Positions 1 through 11,075 of a DNA stretch of 64,000 nucleotides are shown here, in pieces. Below the pieces are notes generated by a model. That model ran no database searches and had not been told where the DNA came from. It saw only the letters and a program-made list of their open reading frames with translations. Both the position numbers and the translations under genes were made by a program. The stretch covers positions 2,418,001-2,482,000 of the forward strand of contig CM022678.1 in assembly GCA_012295275.1 (NCBI GenBank), read 5' to 3'. The DNA is from Chrysomallon squamiferum. Taxonomy: Eukaryota; Animalia; Mollusca. Each line of letters starts with the position of its first letter. Position 1 is the first letter of the stretch.

Positions 1-1679
1 AAGGGCTGAAAATAAAACCTATAAACTCATAATCAAATGAGAGCTTATTCAGTTACCTTTCCAACAATGTGCATTTGACGTAGAACAGCTCCGCATTTGA
101 AAGTAATGCGTTTATAGCGAAATCGCCATTACTTTCGTTTTCTTCAGAGTTTTTGGTACAACTAGAAAGGATTGGCATCGTTTAAAATTATTATATTTAT
201 ATATTGTTTATATTTTTAATAACTTGTTGGCTGGCTGTATGTTTTTCTTCACTGTTTCTACTTTTAACGTACACATTGTAGCATGTGCGTAGCGAAATCA
301 CCGTAAATAATTTCCTACCGGGCCAAATCGCCGTAGATTTTATGTGCAACTAAAAAGGACTGGCGCTATTTAAAATGATATTTCTATGTTGATTATATTT
401 TTAATAGCTTGTACGATGCTTGTTTAATTATATGTTCTGACTCTTAATGTATATAATATAAATACGTCCTGAAATAAACGAATTAACTTTGTGTTTTGCC
501 GATTACTATCACTTCCGTTCTAAGTCAGGCGATTGTTTTGCTTTCAAAATTCTTGCGATAAACGGCGAATTAAGAATGTATTCAGAGGTACTGATAGAAT
601 GCTGAATAAAAAACCAAACACTTCTTTTAATATCATAAAATCATAAATTGATCAGCTGTAAAACAGATTATGTTTGCTTTTTGATGAGCTCCATCACAGA
701 AAATTTCACCAATAGTCCGATGATAGGTAACTTTTGTTTGCAGTCAAATCGCAGCAAGTTCAAAGATAAGAAAATTATTTTATGTCTGCTTCATATGGCA
801 GACGTATCACATCTGTGCCTTGAATTGCTTCTGGTGTCATTATTGTACACAATTGCCTCCAATTAGTACCTACAATACCTTTCTGAAGTAGACTCCAAGG
901 ATTAGCTGAGTTTAGATATTGCAGAGGATTATAGTTAAATGTCAGATGCTGGTAGCTGTTTAAATAACATTTATATAAACTGTATTTGTGAAATGTAAAA
1001 ACTTGGTTTTGTAATTCCTTTCCTTAACGTAAAACCAAAAAATTAGAAAGATCCTGACTGGATGTTATCAGTGACATGACATTTTCCTTCCAAATCAACA
1101 ATAAAAGAATATTGATTACATTTTTTTCTCTCTCTCTCTTTCAAATGGTTAAAGTAGCCTATCTGACTAAGTTATCTGTTCCAGTTATTAAAACATTTTG
1201 TTTTACTTCCTTTCATCTCATCAGTCACATCCATTGACACAGGATTTTTTTTTATGATTTTTTTTTTTTTTTTTAGGTAACATCAACACATGGTCTCAAA
1301 CTATCTTCTAGTTCTTTAATTTATTAAAAAATAAAAGTAAGAAAAATAATTTTCAAAACAGTACCTTTCTGTCATACGTCAAGGCTCAGCTTCTATGAAT
1401 GGGTCATTATATATATATATATTTCTGGATTTAAAATTTTAATATGGAATTTCAACTCATTAAAATTATTATTGACAACGTCATGAAAGATTCACATTAG
1501 CGAAGTATTAAATTTATCGACTTCATTACACGAAAATGTAATTACTTATTAGATTACATCCCTACGATGAATTATACCAAAAAATAAATACTGCGAGGCA
1601 AATAATTTTGTAAACATTCAGAATGAAATGTTTATTATTAATGTTTTCGCTGTTGCTAATATCGAAACTAGACTGTTAC

Positions 1680-1760
1680 TCACGATTTCCGGTATAAACC
1701 GCAGCACGGTTTACATTTTACGTGAAGGAACAGAACGTCGTCATTTAAAATGGCGGAATG
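1680..1760 (+). promoter_or_regulatory. Candidate core promoter of gene A (ETS-like and YY1-like sites)
   Basis: Local CpG enrichment in AT-rich DNA. TTTCCGGT at 1686-1693 and AAAATGGCGG at 1747-1756, followed by a good donor AAG|GTAAGA at 1921/1922. Confidence 0.45.
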
Positions 1761-1921
1761 TTACATTAGAAAATGAAAAACAAAAAAATAATAATAATTG
1801 AAGTTCTTTTCGAAACTCAAAGATTAAATGTTAATTGTTCAATCCACCGAAAGAAATTCAATGCTGGTTTATAAAAAGTCAGAGATCAGGAATTATTTTA
1901 TGCTGTCAATATATTTTCAAG
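1750..1921 (+). other. Putative first, non-coding exon of gene A (start approximate)
   Basis: Ends at the donor AAG|GTAAGA. The ATG at 1750 gives only MAECYIRK*. The 3' part is homologous to ~40165-40255, upstream of gene B. Confidence 0.4.
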
Positions 1922-2323
1922 GTAAGAGTTCGCTGATCCCAAGATATTTTCCGTTGATTGACGACTTCTCATGCAAGAACAAGTGAACGATGCTATGTCA
2001 GTCTTTCACAAAAGAATAATAATAAAAAAATTTCACGCCAGACATTGACAACACTCCGCATGTGTGGCGGGGGGTAGAATTAGTTCTCATGGAAGTTTTG
2101 ACTTAGTGTCTGCAATAATCTGTAAAGCAGAATAAAAACAAGTTAACTATAGGTTGTTACGAACTAATTAATATATATAAAACGTTAAATTATTTCTTTA
2201 TGTATTTTAAAGATGATTTCTCAACATTAAATATACATGTATTTAATAATATAAGAAATTATTTGTAAAAACAATTAACATTATATATTGAATATTAATG
2301 TTTGAATACTACATTATTTACAG

Positions 2324-2537
2324 ATGTTTGTCAAGATGACAGCTGCCAACCACAGCAGAGAGGAAGTATGTCTGTGCATTAACATGAAATCATGAAGTGA
2401 TCAAGATTTGGAATGGAGAATGTAGCAGACTATTGAAAGCTGAAAGCTACAAATTCTCAAAGTGTGTTTATAGAAGCAGACACAATGAAGAAAAAAATGA
2501 TCATGTACAACATGTGACAGCATCATCCTGATTTGAG
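2324..2537 (+). other. Putative 5'UTR exon of gene A
   Basis: Acceptor TTTACAG|, donor GAG|GTATTT, higher GC than flanks. Homologous block at ~40820-41022. Confidence 0.4.
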
Positions 2538-3836
2538 GTATTTATAACTATTTTATAATTATTTGTTCAAAAAATGAAAAGTTAACCAAGTTCATATATT
2601 GTATTAAATAAGAAATACATTTCAATTTTTTTAAATTTTAGAATCAAATTGAATACATATAAATATAGACAGTTAGAACTGAAAGTGTGGTCTACTAATA
2701 ATCTCAGTGTTCTGTACTTATGACTGGCCAAGGCAGAATTATTATAGTTTTGTTTTACACTGTCAAACAGTTAAATATTTAATATTTATACTGCAGTTTG
2801 ACAAAAAGCATGGAGACATGATACACTATTTCAAAAATATGGAACATCATTCTGTTGTTAATCATCACAAAGTTGTAATTACTTGTCACATGATGTCACT
2901 CATTACCTCGGTGCTTAAATTTTCTTTTCACGTATATTTGTGACATTTTCACTGTAAATCCTGTGAAAAATGTAAAATTGATGTCATGACACCTAAAATA
3001 ATGGCAGTGCTGTAATTTTTATGGACTGTTGTTACATTGCACATGTTTAGTTCATTTCCAGGAATTTCTGACAACTATTCCCTGAAAAGATCAAATGCAA
3101 AATGTTGTAAGGCTAATTCATTAGATCTAAGTTTTACATTAATAGCATTGTTATCACTATTCTTTCATGAGTAATTTTGTATAACAAAATATAAAATTAC
3201 TATTTACATTTGTTAACTTAATAAAAGTATTCAGATGTTATATTTATATTTATTTCATTTATATAACATAATTTAATACATTACACAAAACTAAGAATAT
3301 AACAGTAAAACTATTCACGTATTTAACTGAATTCTGATGACATAATTTTACCCATGTTATTGTCGCACAGCAACTCAAAAACAAAGTAAGACTAATTAAT
3401 TAGGACTACATTTTTATGCACAACATTGTGAAAATTATGTTTTCATTAATATTTTTAAATAACTTTAAAAACTTAGAACTATTATTAAAACCATTTTTAT
3501 TTGATCATTTTTTTTATAATGTTCCAGGAATATGTTTATAGAATAAAAGTTCAGAATACAGTCTGTAAGGCTAAAATTAGTATTGATACAAGGAACTAGA
3601 TATGCTCCAGTGTATTCAGATCTGTACTGATGACTGGCCAAAGCAGAATTACTAAACTTTCGTTAAATATTTATACCTGGTAGGTGAACATATTACGTCT
3701 CTTGTTACATTGCACAGCTTTAGATTATTTCCAGTCATTTCTGAGAGCTGTTTTCTTGATATTTACTATGTATAATTTTAATATTTACACATTTTTGAAA
3801 TACCGCTAGTAAATCTCTATGTGTTTCAGTTTGAGT

Positions 3837-3934
3837 ATGTCTACTGAAGAAAACAGAACAACTGAGAAATACAGCAACCCAGCTGCCAAGTCACCATCCC
3901 CTAAAAAGAGTAAAAGAAATAAATTCAAAATGAG
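3837..3934 (+). CDS. Gene A cassette exon 1 (exon 3830-3934, ATG at 3837): MSTEENRTTEKYSNPAAKSPSPKKSKRNKFKM
   Basis: GTGTTTCAG acceptor, GAG|GTAATT donor, 105 nt, phase 2-2, open frame. Homologous to gene B exon 43341-43466. Confidence 0.65.
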
Positions 3935-5633
3935 GTAATTGTAGAGAACTGAGTTTTTATGTAATGTTATATTATAATTGTATTTTCATGAGCATTTTTT
4001 AATTGAATTAAATTTAGGTGTAGTTGCTATATTTCAAAAATTTGGAAACTTATTAAAACTATTTATCTTTCATCATTATTTTTTTTCTTTTTTAAATGTT
4101 CCAGGAATATATTTATAGAACAAAAGTTGAGAATAGTATTAATACAAGGAAACAGACGTACTTCAGTGTATTAAGACCCGTACTTATGACTGGCGAAGGC
4201 AGAATTGCTAAAGCTTTGTTTTGCACTCTGTCAATCTTATGCATAATGCAGTTTCAGAAAAACATGGAGACAGGATACACTGGCCTGTCACAGTGAAATC
4301 AGTTGTTCCTGTCAGGCAGAAACAATATCATTCTGTTGTTAATCATCACAACGTTGTAATAACTTGTCACATGTTGTCACTCATTATCTCAGTGCTAAAA
4401 TAGCCTCCAGGTGTATATTTGTGACATTTTAATTTGTATCATTTATATCACAGAATTTACTATAATTACAATATCTTTAGTAATTTAGTAATGGACTAAA
4501 CTAAGAATATAACATAGTAAAACTACTGACATGTTATATTCATAATTCTCTTGTTTATTAAATGTAATTTATTCTTATGTTATTTTTATAATGATATTGT
4601 TTATATAACATAATTTAGTACAATTGATTATACTATGAATATAATTTAATAGAAGTACTGACAAGTTATGTATTATTTATAGAGCATGAATTCTGACAGT
4701 TTCCAAAACTAAGACTATAACTTAACAAAACTATTCACATGTTATATTTATAATTCTCTTTTGTATATAACAGTTTACTACAGTTGAAAAAAACTAAGAA
4801 TATAACATGTAGTAAAACTGTTCATGTTTTGTATTTATTTGTATTGTTTATATAACATAATTCAGCACAGATGACAAAACCAAGAATATAACTCAGTGGA
4901 GCTATTGTCGTCATATGTTTCATTGTGTTGTTTACATAACATAATTTAGTACAGATGAGAAAAATAAGAATATAACTTGATAGAACTATTCATATATTAC
5001 ATTTATAATTGTCTTATTTATATAGCATGATTTAGTATGGTTGACAAAATTAAGAATATAAGTTAGCAAAACTGTATAACATAGATTGGTAATAAGAGTG
5101 GAACTGATTCTAGTGTTATTGATATGATGTAGTACATGAATATGGATCCTGAACTATGTGAAGTGAATCAGCTGAGATTGCTCTGTATCTTTTAAAGATT
5201 ATTATTTGAGAAATAATGTTTTTATTTCAAGAAGTATGACATGGGAGTTTGAAAATCAAATATGAAAGTGTTTATCCGCTTTCAGTGAGACAAATTTGTC
5301 GGTCACTTATCTAACTGAATTCTCATGATATGATGTTAAACATGTTATTGTGATTAGCTGTTTAGAATTTGTTTTTGACTTTCCTTTGTGTATGCAGACT
5401 GATGAACATGTTTGTCTTCAGTATGAAAAATGCAATAAAAGCAATATTGATGACCAGCATATCCTGAAACCTAAAATAATCGCTGTGCAGTAACTTTCAC
5501 TGTCTCTTATTACGTTGCACACCTTTAGTTATTTCCCGTCATTTCTATGAATTTTTCCCTTCATATTTACCATGTGTATTTGTAATATTTAGAAACAATT
5601 GAGATAACACTAGTAAATCTCTGTGTGTTTCAG

Positions 5634-5729
5634 ATTGACTATCAGTACTGTCAAGAAAGAGAACAACCCAAAGCGAGAACATGCAGCAGTCAGAAGAAAG
5701 ATAAAAAAAATGAGAGAGTTGAGCATGAA
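5634..5729 (+). CDS. Gene A cassette exon 2: LTISTVKKENNPKREHAAVRRKIKKMRELSM
   Basis: GTGTTTCAG acceptor, AA|GTAAGA donor, 96 nt, phase 2-2, open. Confidence 0.55.
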
Positions 5730-6582
5730 GTAAGATTTAGTATTTAGAACTAAGATTTTTCATTAATAGCATTCTGACCAATATGTTTTCATGAGTTCTT
5801 TGTATAATAAAATCTAAAATTTATCTGAGTACTTTAGTATTTTCAAAAATATTTCAGGAGTTTATTTCTACAAAACGTTAAAGAACAAAAAGACTACAAC
5901 TGGCACAAGTATATAATTTATACAAATTAAGGTGAATCAAGGAAACTAACAATATACATTAGTAACACTATTCACATTTATGTTTATATTTGCATTATTT
6001 ATATAGCATAATGTAACACAGATGAAAAATCCAAGAATATAACGTAGAAGTTACTCATGTTACATCTATATTTGTATTGTTTTTATATCGTAATTTAGTA
6101 CAGTGAACAAAACTAAGAATATAACATAATAAAGCAATTCACATGCTACATTTATAATGGAATTGTTTATATCACATGTTTTGGTACAGTTGTCTAAACT
6201 AAGAACATAAGTAAGTAGAGTTGACAAATCTAAGAATATAACTTGATAGAACTATTCACATATTACACTTATAATTTTCTTGTTTATATAGCATAATTTA
6301 GTACGGTTGATAAAATTTGTTTTTGACTTTCCTTTGTGTATGCAGACTGATGAACATGTGTGTTTTCAGTATGAAAAATGAATTAAAAGGAAAGTTTATG
6401 ACTTGCATATCCTGAAACCTAAAATAATCACAACACAGTAACTTTCATTGTCTCTTGTTACAAAGCAGAGCTTTGGATACTTTCCCGTTATTTCTAAAAA
6501 ATGTTCCCTTCATATTTACCATGTGTCTTTGTAATATTTAGAAACAATTGAGATAACACTGGTAAATCTCTGTGTGTTTCAG

Positions 6583-6711
6583 GTTGACTATGAAAACTCG
6601 GCAAAGGAAAAGAATTGCCGAGAAAGAGAGCGACCCAAAGCAAGAACCTGCAGCAGTCAGACAGTCATCACCCAGTAGAAAGATGGAAAAAAAGACAAAG
6701 TCGAACACGAG
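6583..6711 (+). CDS. Gene A cassette exon 3: LTMKTRQRKRIAEKESDPKQEPAAVRQSSPSRKMEKKTKSNT
   Basis: GTGTTTCAG acceptor, GAG|GTAAGA donor, 129 nt, phase 2-2, open. Confidence 0.65.
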
Positions 6712-7560
6712 GTAAGATTTTGTATTTAGAACTAAGATTTTTCATTAATAGCATTCTGACCAATATGTTTTCATGAGCTTTTGGTGTAATAAAATGTAAA
6801 ATTTATCTGAGTACTTTAGTATTTTCAAAAATATTTGAGGAGTTTATTTCTACAAAATGTTAAAGAACACAAAGACTACAACTGACACATAATTTATACA
6901 AATAATTAAGTTTAATCAAGGAAACTAACAATATAAATTAATAACACTATTCACATTATGTTTATATTTGTATTATTTATATAGCATAATGTAATACAGA
7001 TGAAAAATCCAAGAATATAACGTAGAAGTTACTCATGTTACATCTATATTTGTATTGTTTTTATATCGTAATTTAGTACAGTGAACAAAACTAAGAATAT
7101 AACATAATAAAGCAATTCACATGCTACATTTATAATGGAATTGTTTATATCACATGTTTTGGTACAGTTGTCTAAACTAAGAACATAAGTAAGTAGAGTT
7201 GACAAATCTAAGAATATAACTTGATAGAACTATTCACATATTACACTTATAATTTTCTTGTTTATATAGCATAATTTAGTACGGTGAATAAAATTTGTTT
7301 TTGACTTTCCTTTGTGTATGCAGACTGATGAACATGTGTGTTTTCAGTATGAAAAATGAATTAAAAGGAAAGTTTATGACTTGCATATCCTGAAACCTAA
7401 AATAATCACAACACAGTAACTTTCATTGTCTCTTGTTACAAAGCAGAGCTTTGGATACTTTCCCGTTATTTCTAAAAAATGTTCCCTTCATATTTACCAT
7501 GTGTCTTTGTAATATTTAGAAACAATTGAGATAACACTGGTAAATCTCTGTGTGTTTCAG

Positions 7561-7663
7561 GTTGACTCGGCAAAGCAGAAGGATTGCCGAGAAAGAGAGC
7601 AACTCACACCCAGAGCCTGCTGTAGTCAGACAATCATCACCCAGTAGAAAGATAAAAAAGAGA
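7561..7663 (+). pseudogene. Truncated cassette exon copy lacking its donor site
   Basis: Same acceptor and peptide type (LTRQSRRIAEKESNSHPEPAVVRQSSPSRKIKKR), but it runs directly into intron-type sequence with no phase-2 donor. Confidence 0.55.
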
Positions 7664-7808
7664 ATAACTTTCATTGTGTCTTTTTACATTGCACAGATTT
7701 AGATTATTTCCAGTCATTTCTGAGAGCTGTTTCCTTGATATTTACTATGTATATTTATAATATTTAAACATTTTTGAAATACCGCTAGTAAATCTCTATG
7801 TGTTTCAG

Positions 7809-7913
7809 TTTGAGTATGTCTACTGAAGAAAGCAGAACAACTGAGAAATACAGCAAACCAGCTGCCAAGTCACCATCCCCTAAAAAGAGTAAAAGAAATA
7901 AATTCATAGTGAG
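7809..7913 (+). CDS. Gene A cassette exon 4 (near copy of 3830-3934)
   Basis: GTGTTTCAG acceptor, GAG|GTAATT donor, 105 nt, phase 2-2, in-frame ATG at 7816. Confidence 0.65.
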
Positions 7914-8893
7914 GTAATTGTAGAGAACTGAGCTTTTATGTAACGTTGTTATAATTGTATTTTCATGAGCATTTTTTAATTGAATTAAATTTAGGTATAG
8001 TTGCTATATTTCGAAAATATGGAAGCTTATTAAAACTATTTATCTTTCATCATTTTTTTTTTTCTTTTTTAAATGTTCCAGGAATATATTTATAGAACAA
8101 AAGTTGAGAATAGTATTAATACAAGGAAACAGACGTACTTCAGTGTATTAAGACCCGTACTTATGACTGGCGAAGGCAGAATTGCTAAAGCTTTGTTTTG
8201 CACTCTGTCAATCTTATGCATACTGCAGTTTCAGAAAAACATGGAGACAGGATACACTGGCCTGTCACAGTGAAATCAGTTGTTCCTGTCAGGCAGAAAC
8301 AATATCATTCTGTTGTTAATCATCACAAAGTTGTAATAACTTGTCACATGCTGTCACTCATTATCTCAGTGCTTAAATTTTCACCAGATCAGATGTATGT
8401 TTGTGACATTTTTATTTTAGTTGTTTATATCACATAATTTGCTACAGTAAGAATATTATTAAAACTATTCAGATATTATCTATACATTTATTTTATTTAT
8501 ATATTTTAATGCAAATGTCAAACCTAATAGTACACTTCAGTTATTATTAATTATTCTGATAATTATTATGTTTAATACAAAACTAGAATATATCTTGGAA
8601 TAAATTTTGTGTTGATTAAAGTTAATACAGTTAAAAAAGAAGACTACAAAACTAAGATATAACATGGTATAACTATTCTAATAGTTATTATGTTTACAAT
8701 AAAACTAAAGAATATCTGTGTTTGACTATTGTTATAATTATATTGTAGGTTGCAATTCAGGAAAAGATCCTACAAATGCTTTATGATAAAAGTTCCTTCA
8801 CTATATATCTGATACCATATAACAGTGAATGCAGTTTATTAAATAAAGCCTTCCTTTTCTTCTATATCAAAAATCATTAATATATATTTCCAG

Positions 8894-9024
8894 CTCAGCC
8901 AATATGGATGACAAATATAAGAGATCAGATGTTTCCGTTAGCACCTCCGATGTTTATTCCTCATCCAACATCTTAGCTGTTTCTTCCAGAGGCCAAAATG
9001 TACCTACATCGCATCATCATTATG
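8894..9024 (+). CDS. Gene A Ser-rich linker exon (SANMDDKYKRSDVSVSTSDVYSSSNILAVSSRGQNVPTSHHHY)
   Basis: TTTCCAG acceptor, G|GTAATA donor, phase 2-1. Homologous to gene B exon 43967-44166. Confidence 0.7.
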
Positions 9025-10272
9025 GTAATAGCATATTATTTGCCTTTTATGTTTGGAAATTCTAAACAAAATTTGTATTTGTATTTGTTCCAAAACATTC
9101 ATTATACTGTTTTTATGGTTAATTCTAAACTGATATAATAACTATTTATATCTGTAACTGTCGTTAAACATTCATTCATTTGCTATATCTTTAACAATGC
9201 AATATATTAATAGACTGTTTATTGTTTTGAATAGCTTTTGTAAACTGACACTTTTCTGATTTAAATTAATAATATATTTACAAGTTAAAGGATTTTATGT
9301 ACTGTGTGACAGATCAATACAGCATGTTATAATTATTCGTGTATTGGCCATTTTTTTAATTTATGTTGTAATGGATGAAAACAGTATTCCATTAACAACT
9401 TCATGTCACAAACACATTCCGTGCTTTCTGACTTTTAGAAGTCATTTTACTACAGTGCAGATTTTCTAGCAAATACTTTTGCTAGACTATACCACTACAA
9501 AACTATTTTTCATTAAATAGAAGAAAAACCGATTTCTTTTCATAAGTTTTTACACATTTATTTTGGTATATAAGAAAGTGGTCATCTGCTATTTATGGCA
9601 ATTACACAGTTTTTTTTGCCTGTTTTTTTACACTCATTCTAAAACCATGATTACCTTTAACGTTTCAAGTTTGAAAATGTACATACTGACAGTAAGTTTT
9701 CAGCAGTAAATACATCTTTATTTATCTATTTATTTATTTATAAATAATGTAAAACCTAATCACTTACACATGGTCATCTAACTTGCAACTCCTTGGCAGA
9801 TAGCAAGTCACAGACATATATGCATATATGCTAAACAAACATATAATTTAAATGTAGTTTGCTGAACAGTATTAAAAATATTAATTATTGGTTGATTTTT
9901 TGTTATCATATCTGAATTAACTTTTCTGTCAACATTATGAAATTACTACACACACTGTTTTGCTAGACTGCTCCAGATTTTCTTCTAGTAAAAAAAGTAA
10001 TCCAAATCAGTTTATCATAAATTAACAATCCAGAGACTTTTGTCTGCTTTTTATTAGAAAATGCACACGTGTTATTATTTGATTATTTATGCATAATTAG
10101 TTAAGAATATTAAACAAATTTTTTTAAACATGTAATTTTATTTTTGTATTCAGTAACACTGTTATGACAGATTGTATTAATTCTGTACATTGTCATATCT
10201 TTACATGTAGATCAAAAATAGTTTGATAATTATTTTTATGAATTGTGATTTTAAATAATTTCTTTTACTCAG

Positions 10273-10398
10273 TTGACAAAGATACTGGAAGAAAACAACC
10301 AGTGGTAGAACATAATGTAAATATCAGCACAGTTCAGAATTACCAGGCTGTGTCAAATAACAGGAATATTGTGTTTGGAGATCAAGTTATTAAAATCA
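10273..10398 (+). CDS. Gene A exon with RHIM-like motif (DKDTGRKQPVVEHNVNISTVQNYQAVSNNRNIVFGDQVIKI)
   Basis: TTTACTCAG acceptor. Donor A|GTAGTT sits at the position homologous to the gene B donors A|GTAAGTT. 126 nt, phase 1-1, open. Confidence 0.65.
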
Positions 10399-10834
10399 GT
10401 AGTTAAAAACTGAAAGTTTTATAGTCTCTAGCTGTTTAATACATAACAGAATACACATGACAGCAGTCATTAGTACTTTTCTGTCATTCACTGTGACATG
10501 ACCAACATAGAAAGATGCACATGCACACACAGTCACACACACACAGTCACACACACAAATTATAAAGAGTGTTACTCTTATCTAGAATTTCGTTTTAATA
10601 TAAATTATTGATATAATTCAACCTGATTTAAACAAGCCAGTATATCTGTCATTATCACTTGGAAACACTGAAATACAGTACAAAGAACATACTACTACTA
10701 CTACTACTACTACTAAAAATAATAATAATAATAATAACAGGATATAAGTAACAACAGTAATAACAAACACCACAGTAGTTTCGATAAAAGTAATAATGAA
10801 ATGTAAAATATAAACTTTTTTTATATTATTTCAG

Positions 10835-10867
10835 CAGAGACTGATGAACAAATATCCCATTTAACAG
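10835..10867 (+). CDS. Gene A 33-nt microexon (ETDEQISHLT)
   Basis: TTTCAG|CAG (NAGNAG) acceptor, CAG|GTATTT donor, phase 1-1. Confidence 0.6.
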
Positions 10868-11075
10868 GTATTTTATAATTATTATTTGTAATAGTTTTCA
10901 AAGATATTCATAAATAACAAGATAACCTTTACACCATCTAAAATTATGACAAATAAATTGATGCATTTTTTTTTAAACTTCACATCTGATAAGCAGTTAA
11001 AACTGATATTGCTTATATTGAACTGATAAAATATGTTCTAAACAATTAATAATACATTTTTATATTATGATACAG

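Larger units (their letters stand above)
3690..8440 (+). repeat. Tandemly duplicated intron+exon modules
   Basis: ~3690-4450 recurs at ~7670-8430 (offset 3979). A ~950-980 bp module recurs around exons 5634, 6583 and 7561. A degenerate ~85-bp repeat containing AAGAATATAAC fills the introns. Confidence 0.85.

Noticed and set aside
1-640. Possible DNA-transposon remnant with an internal direct repeat (~159-230 vs ~347-412)
   Set aside because: No TIR, TSD or coding motif could be established, and the window edge truncates it.
4096-8437. Duplicated 60-79 aa ORFs (4096/8073, 4221/8198, also 2707)
   Set aside because: They lie in duplicated intron modules, and homologous DNA near 41650-42870 does not preserve the frames.
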